Shown here: one piece after another, positions 41,990 through 54,601 of the stretch | How the letters are laid out: the number at the start of each line of letters is the position of its first letter | Numbering within the stretch: position 1 is the stretch's first letter | NCBI GenBank assembly: GCA_964016885.1 | Contig: OZ024743.1 | Coordinates: 246,140,001 to 246,204,000, forward strand | DNA length: 64,000 nt | Origin: Eledone cirrhosa | Lineage: Eukaryota | Direction: 5' to 3' | The notes under the pieces: model-generated | What the model saw: only the letters and a program-made list of their open reading frames with translations | Database searches by the model: none | What the model was told of the DNA's origin: nothing | Program-made: the position numbers and the translations under genes

Positions 41990-42412
41990 AGATCAAAAGA
42001 TGGTTAAAGGAGTTCCATGTATTTTATTATGCGCATTTCAAAAACAAACATCATCATGCAATAATATTTGTGTTTTCATCAGATAAAACAGGAGAACATG
42101 ATATGAAGGCTAAAAAAACACTTGTGGATAGTGCAGTTTTAAATCAACATATGTTGATATGTTGATTTAAAACTGCACTATCCACAAGTGTTTTTTAGCC
42201 TTCATATCATGTTCTCCTGTTTTATCTGATGAAAACACAAATATTATTGCATGATGATGTTTGTTTTTGAAATGCGCATAATAAAATACATGGAACTCCT
42301 TTAACCATCTTTTGATCTTATATTATGTATACTCCAGTCCTACAAACTGTAGAGTGCTTCTTATCCGATATCTGCATTGCTTTATTGTACTACAATAAAA
42401 CTCACCTCCTAC

Positions 42413-42414
<2 letters not shown>
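41982..42414. mobile_element. Palindromic solo pLTR of the PLE family at 51.4-54.4 kb, with two opposed HHRs
   Basis: 41982-42152 is the reverse complement of 42157-42326. It matches 51411-51582, and tail 42374-42413 matches 54394-54432. Confidence 0.88.
42218..42288 (+). ncRNA. Type I hammerhead (mirror copy on minus strand at 42020-42090)
   Basis: tgttttat ctgatga aaacacaaatattatt gcat gatgatgtttgttttt gaaa tgcgca ta ataaaata. Confidence 0.8.
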
Positions 42415-42474
<60 letters not shown>

Positions 42475-42510
42475 TTTACTCGTTGTAACCCAACAATTTA
42501 AATAAAACTT

Positions 42511-42543
<33 letters not shown>

Positions 42544-42619
42544 CGAAGCAATTGTGGTAAGGAACCAGATGGACCATAACGCACCAGAGTACTCAATACA
42601 TAGGGTAGTAAAGTGGGTA

Positions 42620-42735
42620 ATAGGAAAAAATATGATCCCGATGGCAGAGCTCAAGCCGTTTCGACGGCTATTTCTGGCCCAGAAATAGCCGTCGAAACGG
42701 CTTGAGCTCTGCCGTCGAGGTCATACTTTTTCCTA
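42620..42735. repeat. Second copy of the 4-118 half-hammerhead palindrome
   Basis: ggcagagctcaagccgtttcgacggctatttctggcccagaaatagccgtcgaaacggcttgagctctgcc. Confidence 0.9.
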
Positions 42736-42863
42736 TATATATATATAAATGTAATCTGAGTTTTTCGAATATTAATAATATTCGATTCATTTGCAATTAT
42801 GCAAACAAGTCTAGTTTTTGAAGCCATGTCAGTAAAATGAGCCCCTCATTCTTGCTCTTTATT

Positions 42864-43002
<139 letters not shown>

Positions 43003-43622
43003 CAACTAGAAATAGATTGACATATATATATATATATAAAATAAACATATGGAACAATCACAGGGGATAATTTGTAAAGTGTGTAAGTACATATAGCTAG
43101 TTAGGTAACCAATTAAAGTTTAACTAGAACTTCAAATATAGATACCTTTTAAAATGATTAATCTCCTTTGTATATATTTCTTTAAATAAAAAAATATATT
43201 TCACCAATTAATTAGTAAATCACAGTAGTCAAATCCTGGATGGTCACCAAAGGAGAAGAAATAACTATCTGCGTTTACAAAGCAAATGCAAATCTGTGAA
43301 TGACTCGAACCACGTGTTGCATTTTAAAAAAAGAAACACATCGCACAGCATCATCCCAGTGGCTTGAATAGGATTATCGACAGCTAGAAATAGCAGCTGA
43401 GCCCATTCAACTGAGTTAGCTCTACAATTAAGGGGCCGTATATATATCCAAAATTAAATTAAGGGTTGTCATGTCTGAGAGACATGCGCCATACCCACTG
43501 CAGAATATTAACTAGAAATAGTTGATATGAAATGCTCGGATCTATTCATTGGAATCTTTGAGCTTATTCTGCAGTGGGTATGGCGCATGTCTCTCAGACA
43601 TGACAACCCTTAATTTAATTTT

Positions 43623-43741
<119 letters not shown>

Positions 43742-43839
43742 CATATATATATGTAAAAGGTAAACAGAAATAAGAACATAATCGGTACAGTATATGAAAG
43801 GAATATATTAGGTTAACGCTTGAAATAGCAGGAAGAGGG

Positions 43840-43875
43840 TCTTAACGTTTCGGACGCTAGTCCTTCATCAGAAGA
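43840..43875 (-). ncRNA. Minimal type I hammerhead (PLE-type)
   Basis: Reverse complement: UCUU CUGAUGA A GGAC UAGC GUCC GAAA CG UU AAGA, inside a ~230-bp insert between TA/TG tracts. Confidence 0.75.
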
Positions 43876-43976
43876 AAGAATGAGAAATAAGATGGATTGA
43901 AGGGGCGGGCGGATTGGCATTGGAAAAAATGTCTTTAGATAAAAATAACAGGTCCATTCATGTTGACATCTTTTGG

Positions 43977-44029
<53 letters not shown>

Positions 44030-44093
44030 GTATGTATATATTATATATGTATGTATATCATATATACATATACAATATATATACATACATATG

Positions 44094-44130
<37 letters not shown>

Positions 44131-44133
<3 letters not shown>

Positions 44134-45668
44134 CTATTTCAGAGCATTTATTCCAATTTCTAATTTCTGCCGGACCGGCAACCGCTCTTTCAAACCAGTT
44201 CCTGTACACAGCTAAGTATTCTATAAGTCTCTAGCTGTGTCATTCTCGATAAAAGCACTGGATATGTAGTCCTGATGAATTCTAACAAGAATGAAACGCG
44301 TAGATTACTTCCCTTGCTTTTATCGAGAATCTAATTGTAATACGTGACGTATTCTATTCTATAGCGATTAGGTCTTCAAAATGTTTATTATAAACATACA
44401 GAATATTTTCGAATATTCTATGTCTGTGTTCACATATATATCGCTATTTCAGAGCATTTATTCCAATTTCTAATTTCTGCCGGACCGGCAACCGCTCTTT
44501 CAAACCAGTTCCTGTACACAGCTAAGTATTCTATAAGTCTCTAGCTGTGTCATTCTCGATAAAAGCACTGGATATGTAGTCCTGATGAATTCTAACAAGA
44601 ATGAAACGCGTAGATTACTTCCCTTGCTTTTATCGAGAATCTAATTGTAATACGTGACGTATTCTATTCTATAGCGATTAGGTCTTCAAAATGTTTATTA
44701 TAAACATACAGAATATTTTCGAATATTCTATGTCTGTGTTCACATATATATCGCTATTTCAGAGCATTTATTCCAATTTCTAATTTCTGCCGGACCGGCA
44801 ACCGCTCTTTCAAACCAGTTCCTGTACACAGCTAAGTATTCTATAAGTCTCTAGCTGTGTCATTCTCGATAAAAGCACTGGATATGTAGTCCTGATGAAT
44901 TCTAACAAGAATGAAACGCGTAGATTACTTCCCTTGCTTTTATCGAGAATCTAATTGTAATACGTGACGTATTCTATTCTATAGCGATTAGGTCTTCAAA
45001 ATGTTTATTATAAACATACAGAATATTTTCGAATATTCTATGTCTGTGTTCACATATATATCGCTATTTCAGAGCATTTATTCCAATTTCTAATTTCTGC
45101 CGGACCGGCAACCGCTCTTTCAAACCAGTTCCTGTACACAGCTAAGTATTCTATAAGTCTCTAGCTGTGTCATTCTCGATAAAAGCACTGGATATGTAGT
45201 CCTGATGAATTCTAACAAGAATGAAACGCGTAGATTACTTCCCTTGCTTTTATCGAGAATCTAATTGTAATACGTGACGTATTCTATTCTATAGCGATTA
45301 GGTCTTCAAAATGTTTATTATAAACATACAGAATATTTTCGAATATTCTATGTCTGTGTTCACATATATATCGCTATTTCAGAGCATTTATTCCAATTTC
45401 TAATTTCTGCCGGACCGGCAACCGCTCTTTCAAACCAGTTCCTGTACACAGCTAAGTATTCTATAAGTCTCTAGCTGTGTCATTCTCGATAAAAGCACTG
45501 GATATGTAGTCCTGATGAATTCTAACAAGAATGAAACGCGTAGATTACTTCCCTTGCTTTTATCGAGAATCTAATTGTAATACGTGACGTATTCTATTCT
45601 ATAGCGATTAGGTCTTCAAAATGTTTATTATAAACATACAGAATATTTTCGAATATTCTATGTCTGTG

Positions 45669-45672
<4 letters not shown>
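44131..45672 (+). mobile_element. Tandem array of five 310-bp HHR-containing units (non-LTR retrozyme-like)
   Basis: Units start at 44131, 44441, 44751, 45061 and 45371, appear identical, and have no ORF in the track. (TA)n flanks and short (TA) junctions. Confidence 0.9.
44242..44330 (+). ncRNA. Type I hammerhead with extended stem I (copies at +310, +620, +930, +1240)
   Basis: gtagtc ctgatga attct aaca agaat gaaa cgcg ta gattac at 44266-44308. 16-bp outer helix attctcgataaaagca/tgcttttatcgagaat. Confidence 0.92.
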
Positions 45673-45699
<27 letters not shown>

Positions 45700-45705
<6 letters not shown>

Positions 45706-46001
45706 CTGAGGATGTCTGTCTGTGTGTGTGTGAGTTTGAATCCCTAAAACTCGAGAACCACCCAACCGACTGTTTTCAAACTTTGCACATGTAAAACTTA
45801 TGTTACATGTAATACTTATGTAATACTTATGTTACTTATTTCAAATTTTCAATGCCCTAGGGACCGCATTAGGCGATTTAGCGATCTCTCTCTATAATTA
45901 TTAGTCTTTCTCTTTTTAGATAGATACATACATATAACGTCGCGCCCTTATAATATATGTCTGTATGTCTAGCTCTTTGCATTATGTCACTTCCCTGAGG
46001 A

Positions 46002-46085
<84 letters not shown>

Positions 46086-46663
46086 TGTGTTTGAATCCCT
46101 AAAACTCGAGAAGTACCCAACCGATTTTTTTCAAACTTTACATGTGTATTACTTATGTTTCAGGGAGTGTTATGCACATAAAACTTTTTGATCTCCCAGC
46201 GCCCGCATTAGGTTAAAAACTGCGTTTTTTAAAGCTTTTTAGGGGTTTTTTGAGGCGTTACGTCAGACCCATTTCCTTGAAATTGCAACTATGTATTAGT
46301 CAGTCTCTTCTTCATACCGCGAGCAAAGAAAATCCAACTTTTTTTATGGCCTAGGGCCCGCATTAGGTGAAAAATTTCATTTTTTCAGCTTTTTAGGGCT
46401 TTTTGGAGGTGTTACGTCTAGCCGATTTTCCAGAAATTTCAAGGCATATTATGCACATAAAAAAATTATTTTCTTTTTCCCCTAGGTGAAAACCTGCATT
46501 TTTCCTGCTTCATCGAGGAAAATCTTAAAGATTATCCAGCCATCAGAGTATTCGGTTTATTTTCTTTACATATTGTCCAGGCATGCAGTTTTTCCACGAT
46601 TAGGCCTGTTGGCGGCCCGCGTTCCAAAATACCTTATCTCTTGTAACGGGGTACCACTGCTAG
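45700..46663 (+). mobile_element. Non-autonomous Helitron-like element with duplicated 5' module
   Basis: ctgaggatgtctgt...gaatccctaaaactcgagaa occurs twice. Ends gggtaccactgCTAG|T at 46660-46664. Confidence 0.65.
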
Positions 46664-46729
46664 TATATTATATATTATATATTATGTATTATATATATAT
46701 ATATTGTATATGTATATATTATATATGTT

Positions 46730-47147
46730 CTTCTGGTTTTATAATTTCACAATTTTTTGTCAATAGAGAGAGGGTCAGTTTCTAACATAGACACAAGACT
46801 CTCTCATTGGAATGTACACATCAACTAGAAAGATATGTATGCATGTCTGCATGTGTGTGCCGGTATGGATGTTATTGTATGTGTGGCTGTGTATGTTTAG
46901 AGTTGTATGTGTGCATGTGCATATGTTTTGTATCTGTACAAGTGTATATGCAGTTATTAGATGCAGAATTTTTTGAATGTTTTACATATTTTACTGTTCC
47001 ATTAATGGATTGTACTTGTAATTTCGTAACTAGTCGAGTTCTTTCTATTTCTGTGAAGCCCAGCTTCTCAAGATTTGTATTGGGGGCAGTTACTAACATA
47101 CCCCAGTGACCCAATAATCACAGGTATAAATCTGAAGGTATAGTCAG
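46730..47147 (-). pseudogene. 3' end of an RLE-type (R2/R4/NeSL-like) non-LTR retrotransposon
   Basis: Minus strand DYTFRFIPVIIGSLGYV, then after a frameshift NLEKLGFTEIERTRLVTKLQVQSINGTVK. PVIIGxLG is typical of restriction-like endonuclease C-termini. Confidence 0.6.
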
Positions 47148-48505
47148 TATGTATGTATATGTATATATGTCACACGTTTTGATACGCCCGTCGTTTTCAT
47201 CGAATTTTACTTTCACTTCAATAGGATTTTGTCTGACCTTTCTGCTAGTAAAATTTTCTTTTTAATGTATTTCAACGGTTATCTGTTACGTAGGTGTTTT
47301 TATTCAGATAATCAGTCGTACATCTGTTGGAGTCCCTCGGTCTACTTTAAAAAGAAGCCTCGATAACAATTTCTAAGAAACAGATGAAGAGGAAGGGGGT
47401 GGGGGGAGGGTAAACAGACATATTGATAGTGGTGGTAAGGGGGGCGTAGTGTGTGGTGGCGTGAGCGGAAATAAAAGCGGTAGATAGAGATATATAAAGT
47501 TAAAGTAATCTGTATGTAAAAGGAAGACTTGAAAAATAAGCACGTTTCTTTCGATTCAGTTGGAGCTGAGACAAATTTTTAAAATGTAGTAGGAGAATGA
47601 AAAATAAACAAAATACAAATGAAAAAAAAAGGATTTGAAAAGAAAGTTTTATAGGTGATAATTTGAAAGACAATCGCACATATGGCGCATATGGAGGAGA
47701 AGGGAGAGGATGAGAAGAAAGAATAGCAAAGGAGGAGGAGGATGGGGGGGGATAGTTGATGAGACATAGTAGGAGAAAGAGGAGGAGTGAGAAAGAAGAC
47801 TAGAAAATGAGCGAGAGGAGAAGAAGGAGATAGAGATAAAGGTGGGGGTGAAAGGGAGATCAACTGCTGAAAGTTGAGAATATAGGAGAAAAGTTATAGT
47901 GAAATAGGAATCTATCGGAGAGAGGGGAAGAGAGAGAAAGTGACAGCAAGTGAGTGACAGGGGGTGAGAAGACCGGTAAGGAGGGATGAGATTTGTAATT
48001 AGGAGAGAGATCTGCTGCCGAAACATTAAATATGACACAGTTGAATGTAACAGATGTCTTTTAACTATTTATACATATATATATTGATTAATTTATTCTG
48101 AAACGATTCAATTCGCAGTCGCCTTTTTTTTTTTTTAGCTTTACCATTTGTTTCTATATTTTAAGCCATTGTATTATCCTTTTACTGGTTTCAGTTATTA
48201 GACTGCGGTCATGAGGCACCAGCTTAATATAGTTGGCTATATAATCCCAGAACTTATTTTTTTATATCGTCTGGGACGTATTTTATCGATCCCATTTTGT
48301 TGAACTTTATACATATATAAAAATAAATGAAGAAAATGAAAGGAGGTTACAATTCTTTAATTTCTGCATACGTTTCAATACAGGTGACAATTGTATGTGC
48401 ATATGTAAACAAAGGAAGACTACATGAAATGGTAGTAGCCTTCCTTAAATGCTTGCCTTACGCCCAATATTTGTTATGGGATCTATTCTTATTATTTGAA
48501 TTTGG

Positions 48506-48961
48506 TAGGGTGGAGGATTGGCAGTATCGGTAGAGCGTCAGACACCATGCATTGCAGCATAGAGTTATGGCCCTTTACGGTTTGAGTTCAAATCCCCCCG
48601 AGGTTAGCTTTGCCTTTCATCATTATGGGCTCGATAAAATAAAGTACCAGTAACATATAGGGGTCGATTTAATCGATTTCCCCCTCCCCCAAAATTAATG
48701 GCCTTGTGCCTAATGTAGAAATCATTATTTGAATTTGGTAGGGCGGTGGATTGGCAGTATCGGTAGAGCGTCGTACACCATGCTTTGCGGCATAGAGTTA
48801 CGGTCCTTTACGTTCTGGGTTCAAATCCTTCCGAGGTTAACTTTGCCTTTCATTCTTACAGAGTCGATAAGATAAAGCACCAGTAATATACTGGGATCGA
48901 TTTAATAGACTTTCCCCTCCTCAAAAATTGCTGGCTTTGTGCCATAATCATAAACCATTAT
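48506..48961 (+). mobile_element. Two head-to-tail SINE family A copies
   Basis: Full tRNA-like head plus ctttgcctttcatc...gataaaataaagtaccag body, possibly a MetaSINE-like domain (from recall, unverified). attatttgaatttggta occurs before, between and after the copies. Confidence 0.88.
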
Positions 48962-49417
48962 TTGAATTTGGTAAATTTCATTCCTTCTTATATTTCCTGA
49001 AGAAATGAGGTTACTATATGTATTATGTCTTGAGTAAATAATTGCAAATTAACTGTAGCCAGAGGCATTCGGACTTACCTTGTGTCTTCGAATCACTTTG
49101 GGCAGAGTCGTTCCACCGTCCGCGTGCGGTATGTCCGACTCAGTCTGCGTTCAGACAACACGTCTACACGCCACGCGAATTGCTAGCACCAGCGCACAGG
49201 AGAGTAGCCCATTGACCCTCGTGTGACGTCACTCCTCCTCATGCTTCCAGTCAGGCGTTCCCCAACTTTCGGCAATCTCCCTCCACGGCAGCCCCACATT
49301 AACTATTTCCTATCGGCTTATTGTTTACACGTACCATTATCACCTGTATTGAGACGTATTCAGAAATCATAGAATCGATTTAAGTTGTTAACCTTCGTTT
49401 TTCTTCATTTTAAATAT

Positions 49418-49600
49418 TAATTGTTTCTACTTTTGGCACAAGGCCAGCAATTACCCAGTGCATTACTGGTACTTTATTTTATTGACCCCGTAAGGATGAA
49501 AGGCAAAGTTAACCTCGGCGGGATTTGAACTCAGAATGGCAAGTGCCGTAACTCTATGCGTCAAAGCATGGCGTCCTACCCTCGACCGATACTGCCAATA
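49418..49600 (-). mobile_element. SINE family A
   Basis: Reverse-complement match to the other family A copies. Confidence 0.85.
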
Positions 49601-50089
49601 TTAATGCTCTGCTACTTGTTCTGTCCTCAATAAGAACTTTAACTTTCAAAGGATATTTCGAATTTGTTATATTCCTTGCGAGCTGAGGATTTTTGTGTGC
49701 ATTGAGCTTCTCTCGCCTTATAGTAATAGTGGAATGCTCCATTATTCACCTAATGCAACAATTAGACATTTCTACAAAGTACAAGCGAAACTATCGATAG
49801 TCGGGACTGGGAGAATTTTTGGTAACGTTTATCTATTTTTTTCTTTAAACATTTTAGACTTAGGTCCGTTTAATTGATTATTTGTCTAGTTAATTTCTAC
49901 GGGCTAAGAGGAAAGATTAGGCAAATTTTATCTGACTGTTCCCCATAAAGGAATATCGATAGCATTTATCTGTTATTTCTTCAAAGTTACATTTTAAAAT
50001 TAGCTCCGTTTAAATGATTATTTATCTGGTTGATTTCTACGGACTAAGAAGAAAAAGTTGGATAAATTTTGTCTGACTATTCTTTAAAC

Positions 50090-50156
<67 letters not shown>

Positions 50157-50295
50157 GTGAGGTTTTTTTTTTTTTTTTACAAAATGAAAAATAACCGAGG
50201 TGTCCTACACGAGTGAAAGTATAAAGAAAAAGAGATGAAATCGAAAATGCAACTGGAGTCTTATTTTTTAAAAATATATATATATTTATTTGGTT

Positions 50296-50333
50296 CCTTT
50301 ACCGGTTTCGCAGTTCTTCTGCTTTTCAAAAGG
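50296..50333 (-). ncRNA. Type I hammerhead with U3-A8 covariant core
   Basis: Reverse complement: CCUU UUGAAAA GCAG AAGAA CUGC GAAA CCGG UA AAGG. Confidence 0.65.
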
Positions 50334-50361
50334 TGAGTTGAGATGGAGGGTCTGTGGTTTT

Positions 50362-50422
<61 letters not shown>

Positions 50423-50467
50423 TTTGTCCCGGGTTCAATCAGGGGTAACCACAGTAAGTAAGGTATT

Positions 50468-50517
50468 TACAGGGCTTCCTGATGATTTCTCCCGAATGAA
50501 ACAGTTCTAGTCCTGTA
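50468..50517 (+). ncRNA. Hammerhead-like motif (family also at 13723-13815 and 54505-54545)
   Basis: tacagggcttc ctgatga tttc tccc gaat gaaa cagttc tagtcctgta. Proximal stem I and stem III are imperfect. Confidence 0.5.
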
Positions 50518-50525
50518 GAAGCCTT

Positions 50526-50584
<59 letters not shown>

Positions 50585-51264
50585 CGAAGGGTTAAAAATG
50601 AAATGTTAGATGGTTTATATGTGATTATTAGAAATGATAATAACAAAGTATAATAAGAATATAAAGAATATAAGAATATATGATTTGGTTATATATAGTT
50701 TACTTCACGTGAATCAATTAAAAGGTACAATAAACAAGTTACCATAAGTTGCAAAGATTGACAATATTATTTTGTTGTTGATGTGTAGGCTGTTGTAGTC
50801 TGTTGTTGTTGGTGTGAAAACAGCGAGCGATAGATAATTGTTGTTGTTGTTGGAATTTGGAGACCGTGGTAGTAGTTGTTAGACCATGTTAGTAAGAGAG
50901 AGAGAGATATGGTATGTATATCTCTGAATGGTCTGTAGTAACTGAGAAATACCGTGAACTGCATACAGCGGTGAATCTTCCACAGCAGGGTTCCAATCGC
51001 TCTGGGTGTATCTGTAGACCTCATGGGGTCTGTTGAATAGTGGTGCATCTTTACATAGCTTGTTGTTGGTGAGGTGCTCCGATGTCTCTATGCTTGATAG
51101 CTTGATACAGGCTCTATATATAGCTGTCACTTCCTGTCCCCCAACCTGAGGGGACAGCCCATGCATGAACTTGTTAACACAATAAATGTGGTGACCTAAA
51201 ATTTGATCTTTAGGTATCACCCAAAGTTCAAGGCGCGGACAGATTTCGCTACACACACACACAC

Positions 51265-51407
<143 letters not shown>

Positions 51408-51410
51408 ATA

Positions 51411-54400
51411 TAAGATAAGATCAAAAGATGGTTAAAAGAGTTCCATGTATTTTATTATGCGTATTTCAAAAACAAATAACATCATGGGATGATACTTGTG
51501 TTCTCATCAGATAAAATAGGGAGACATGATATGAAGTTTAAAAAAACACTTGCGAGCAGTGAAGTGTTAAATCTACATATGAAAAAATAAAATAAGATGG
51601 ATATATGAGATTGGGAAAAAAAGAAAGAAGGGGGAAGGAGAGGTAAGGAAGAGGAAGAAAGAAAATAAAGGATGACGGGGTGGAGTATAAGAAAGAAGGA
51701 TGAGAGAGGAGGAGAAATGAGTGAGAGAGAGAGATAGCCTTTAATACTGAGAAACACTGTCTCACAGAGGGAAATTAAAAAACCGTTGTAAGATAATACA
51801 TAATTTTAAAAAATTTTGAAATTAAAAGTTAATGAGGTTTATGAATGGTGATGTTTATGATTAAAGAAAAAGGAATTAAGAATAATATTTATTTAAGGTT
51901 TATATATTGAAGGGTTTAATAATATGTACGAAAAGGAATTTATTAATATGTATTATTAAAATAAAAATATTAAGGAGATAAGGTGAATGAAGAAGGAATT
52001 AAATGAATTATGAACTTAGAGGAATTAGTTATGGTCTAAGTTTGTTTCTATGTATTGTAATATGAAAAAGTAAATAATAGGTTTAATACGAGCACAGAAG
52101 GAGAGAATAAAGAAAAAAATTTAAGGAAGAAAAAATATATAACGTCAAAAAAATATGTTTACAAAATTTACTAATGGTATATATTTACTAATTAGTATAT
52201 ATTAAACATATAGTTTGTATGGCCAAGAATATAAGGAAAATGCTATAGTGAGTAATAATATGAATTAAGAAGTAAATGAGAAGTAAAAGTTACAGATTAA
52301 AGATTAGAAATTAAAAAAGAAAAAAGGAAAAAAGGAAAAAGGGAAAAAAGGATAAAAAAGAAGAAAAATAGGGGACCGCTAACGACATAGAATGAGTAAA
52401 TTGTATAATATAATATACTGAAATAAGGTAGAAAGATGGGTATATTTGTAAAAGATATAAAAGAGTTTGAGAAAAGAAGATTTTAAACTAATTAGGTAGT
52501 GAGATATTAGCTGTATACTTTATGGAAAGTTCTATGGGATTTATGCAAGCAGAGCGAAAATAAATCTGTACGTCTATTTATTATAGAATTAAAATTAGAG
52601 ATAATGGTAAATTTCTCGGCTAGGCAGAGATTACATGTTCTGGATAGGGAAGAATTCCGGTAAGGAGATGCGTTGCAAACCTTCCTCCAAGAAATGTTGT
52701 AGTTAATATTTTTGTCTTTTAAGGACCATATGAGTTCTGAGAGTGCCGTGTTAGTTCTTTTAAGTTGGTATTTAGAAGACGAATTGTGATTATAAAATCT
52801 TGCTTTAAAGGAAGTGGAAGTGGAACCAAAATAGGTAAAAGAATTAGTACCAGTTATAACCTTACATTCATACACTAAATTTTTATCAAGACATTGGTTA
52901 TTAAGAGGACATTTAGTTCTAACAGGGCAATTACAATTACGATTAGAGAAATTACCAGAGTTATTGACAAGTGACCTAGTATTACTTATAGAAGGAATTG
53001 GATTGGAGAAGTTATTTACGATAGGTGCTAAAATTTCCTGATTTAGATTGGTGTTATGAACATTCGACAAAGTTACGTTTGACGTCGTATTTAAATTTAC
53101 TGAATCTAGTCTAGAGTTAACATTGACGTCGGGTTTACTATTGCTATTATTATGACGCTCAGTGTTGGATGGATATAATTTATTATTTAATATTTTATTA
53201 TTATGTTTAGAGATAATGTTAGAGATGTTGGAAGTGGTGGAATAAGAGAATTTGATTGTATGTTTGTTAAAGATCTTACTATAGATATGCGATGGAGGGA
53301 AGCATTTATCTAAGGCCCTAAAAAATAGTTTAGGAATATTACTAGTAATAGATAGAGAAAAAGGAGCGCTGTACCAAATCATATTTTTGTATCTAGGTCT
53401 TTTATTTAAGTTATTCGAATGTTTATAACTAACTATTTTACTATAAGTCCTTCGATGATTGGTTTCTTTACTGTATTTAATTTTGTCAGGATAACCGGCT
53501 TTGGAAAGCGCATTATTATAATAATTGGCATTAGCATCGAAGATAACTTTATTAGAGGATAGATTTGAGATTCTTTTTTCAACATTACTGACTATAGCAT
53601 TTTTAACGTTAATGGGGTGTTTAGATTTAAAATTAATATAATTTAGATTCTCGTTGCCTTTAATATAGGCCGGTGTCAAGATTAGGGGATATATCCAGGA
53701 AGTTAGCTAGTTTGACGTTGTTTTCAAATTCAATTTTTAGGTTATGGTGCTTAAATAGATCAAGTATATTATTCTTCATAATATTAAGGTTAACTAGGTT
53801 ACAGTTTAAAACAGTAAAAAGGGTTTCGTCACGATAAATTCCACGGCGAAGTTGAGGAATTTTCCGATTTAAAAAATTCAAAATAAAGAATCCAATCAAA
53901 TCCGTCAATTGCGCTGAATCCGACGAACCCATTGTGATATCAAAATTGTTGGAAGTATCAGCTCTAGTCCAATATTCGTTGTTGAACTCCAGGATAGTTT
54001 TTCTTGCGGTGAGAATGATGTAAAGTTCATCTGTGGTAATGTCAGAATATTTAAATGCGAAAGATAGAGCGTTGTTGAGGAGTGAAGGCGAAATAGAAGA
54101 ATAGTAACTGGCAATGTCAAACTGGATAAATTTTTGTTTGTTTTTATTATTCAGGTCATTGAACCAGTTAATTACATCAGATGTACCAATCCATAAATTT
54201 AAGTTAGAAATAGAGCAATTAGAACGAACCTGTGGAATAATTCTATCCAAGATGGATTTACTAACAACCCCCAGATCTGATTTAGAGGGGGCGATTAGTC
54301 TAACAGGCAGTTCCGTTCGAAAGTTACTTTTATGATCCTTAAGATTTATCCTCGGAGTTCTTGGGAAGAATGGTTCGGTCTTTTTCTCGATGCCATTGCT

Positions 54401-54428
54401 TTATTGTACTACAATAAAATTCACCTCC

Positions 54429-54432
<4 letters not shown>
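51411..54432 (-). pseudogene. Penelope-like retroelement, Naiad-like (RT plus CxC..C..C linker plus GIY-YIG), 5'-truncated, frameshifted
   Basis: ORFs 53660-54250 and 52507-53679: QFDIASYYSSIS, FDITMGSSDSAQ, GIYRDE, NFLDI, CNCPVRTKCPLNNQC, LVYECKV..YFGST..FKARFYNH, CNLCLAEK. Clade assignment is from recall of motifs. Confidence 0.9.
51448..51518 (-). ncRNA. Type I hammerhead in the PLE 3' pLTR
   Basis: Reverse complement: UAUUUUAU CUGAUGA GAACACAAGUAUCAUC CCAU GAUGUUAUUUGUUUUU GAAA UACGCA UA AUAAAAUA. Confidence 0.75.
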
Positions 54433-54502
<70 letters not shown>

Positions 54503-54551
54503 ATATAGAAAAGCTTCAACAGGACTAGAACTGTTTCATTCATGAGAAGAG

Positions 54552-54601
54552 TTTTGTGACTCTGGAGTTTCGCCTGCTTCTCACAGGGTCATCAGTCAAA
54601 A
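54552..54601 (-). ncRNA. Type I hammerhead
   Basis: Reverse complement: UUUUGA CUGAUGA C CCUG UGAGAAG CAGG C GAAA CUC CA GAG UC ACAAAA. First stem I pair is mismatched. Confidence 0.7.

Noticed and set aside
47150-48060. Possible minus-strand PLE 3' UTR with decayed HHR
   Set aside because: Only compositional resemblance and a doubly mutated core. No coding evidence.
50767-51250. Minus-strand ORFs with unique-looking peptide
   Set aside because: No recognisable domain or splice context. The longer ORF starts in a microsatellite.
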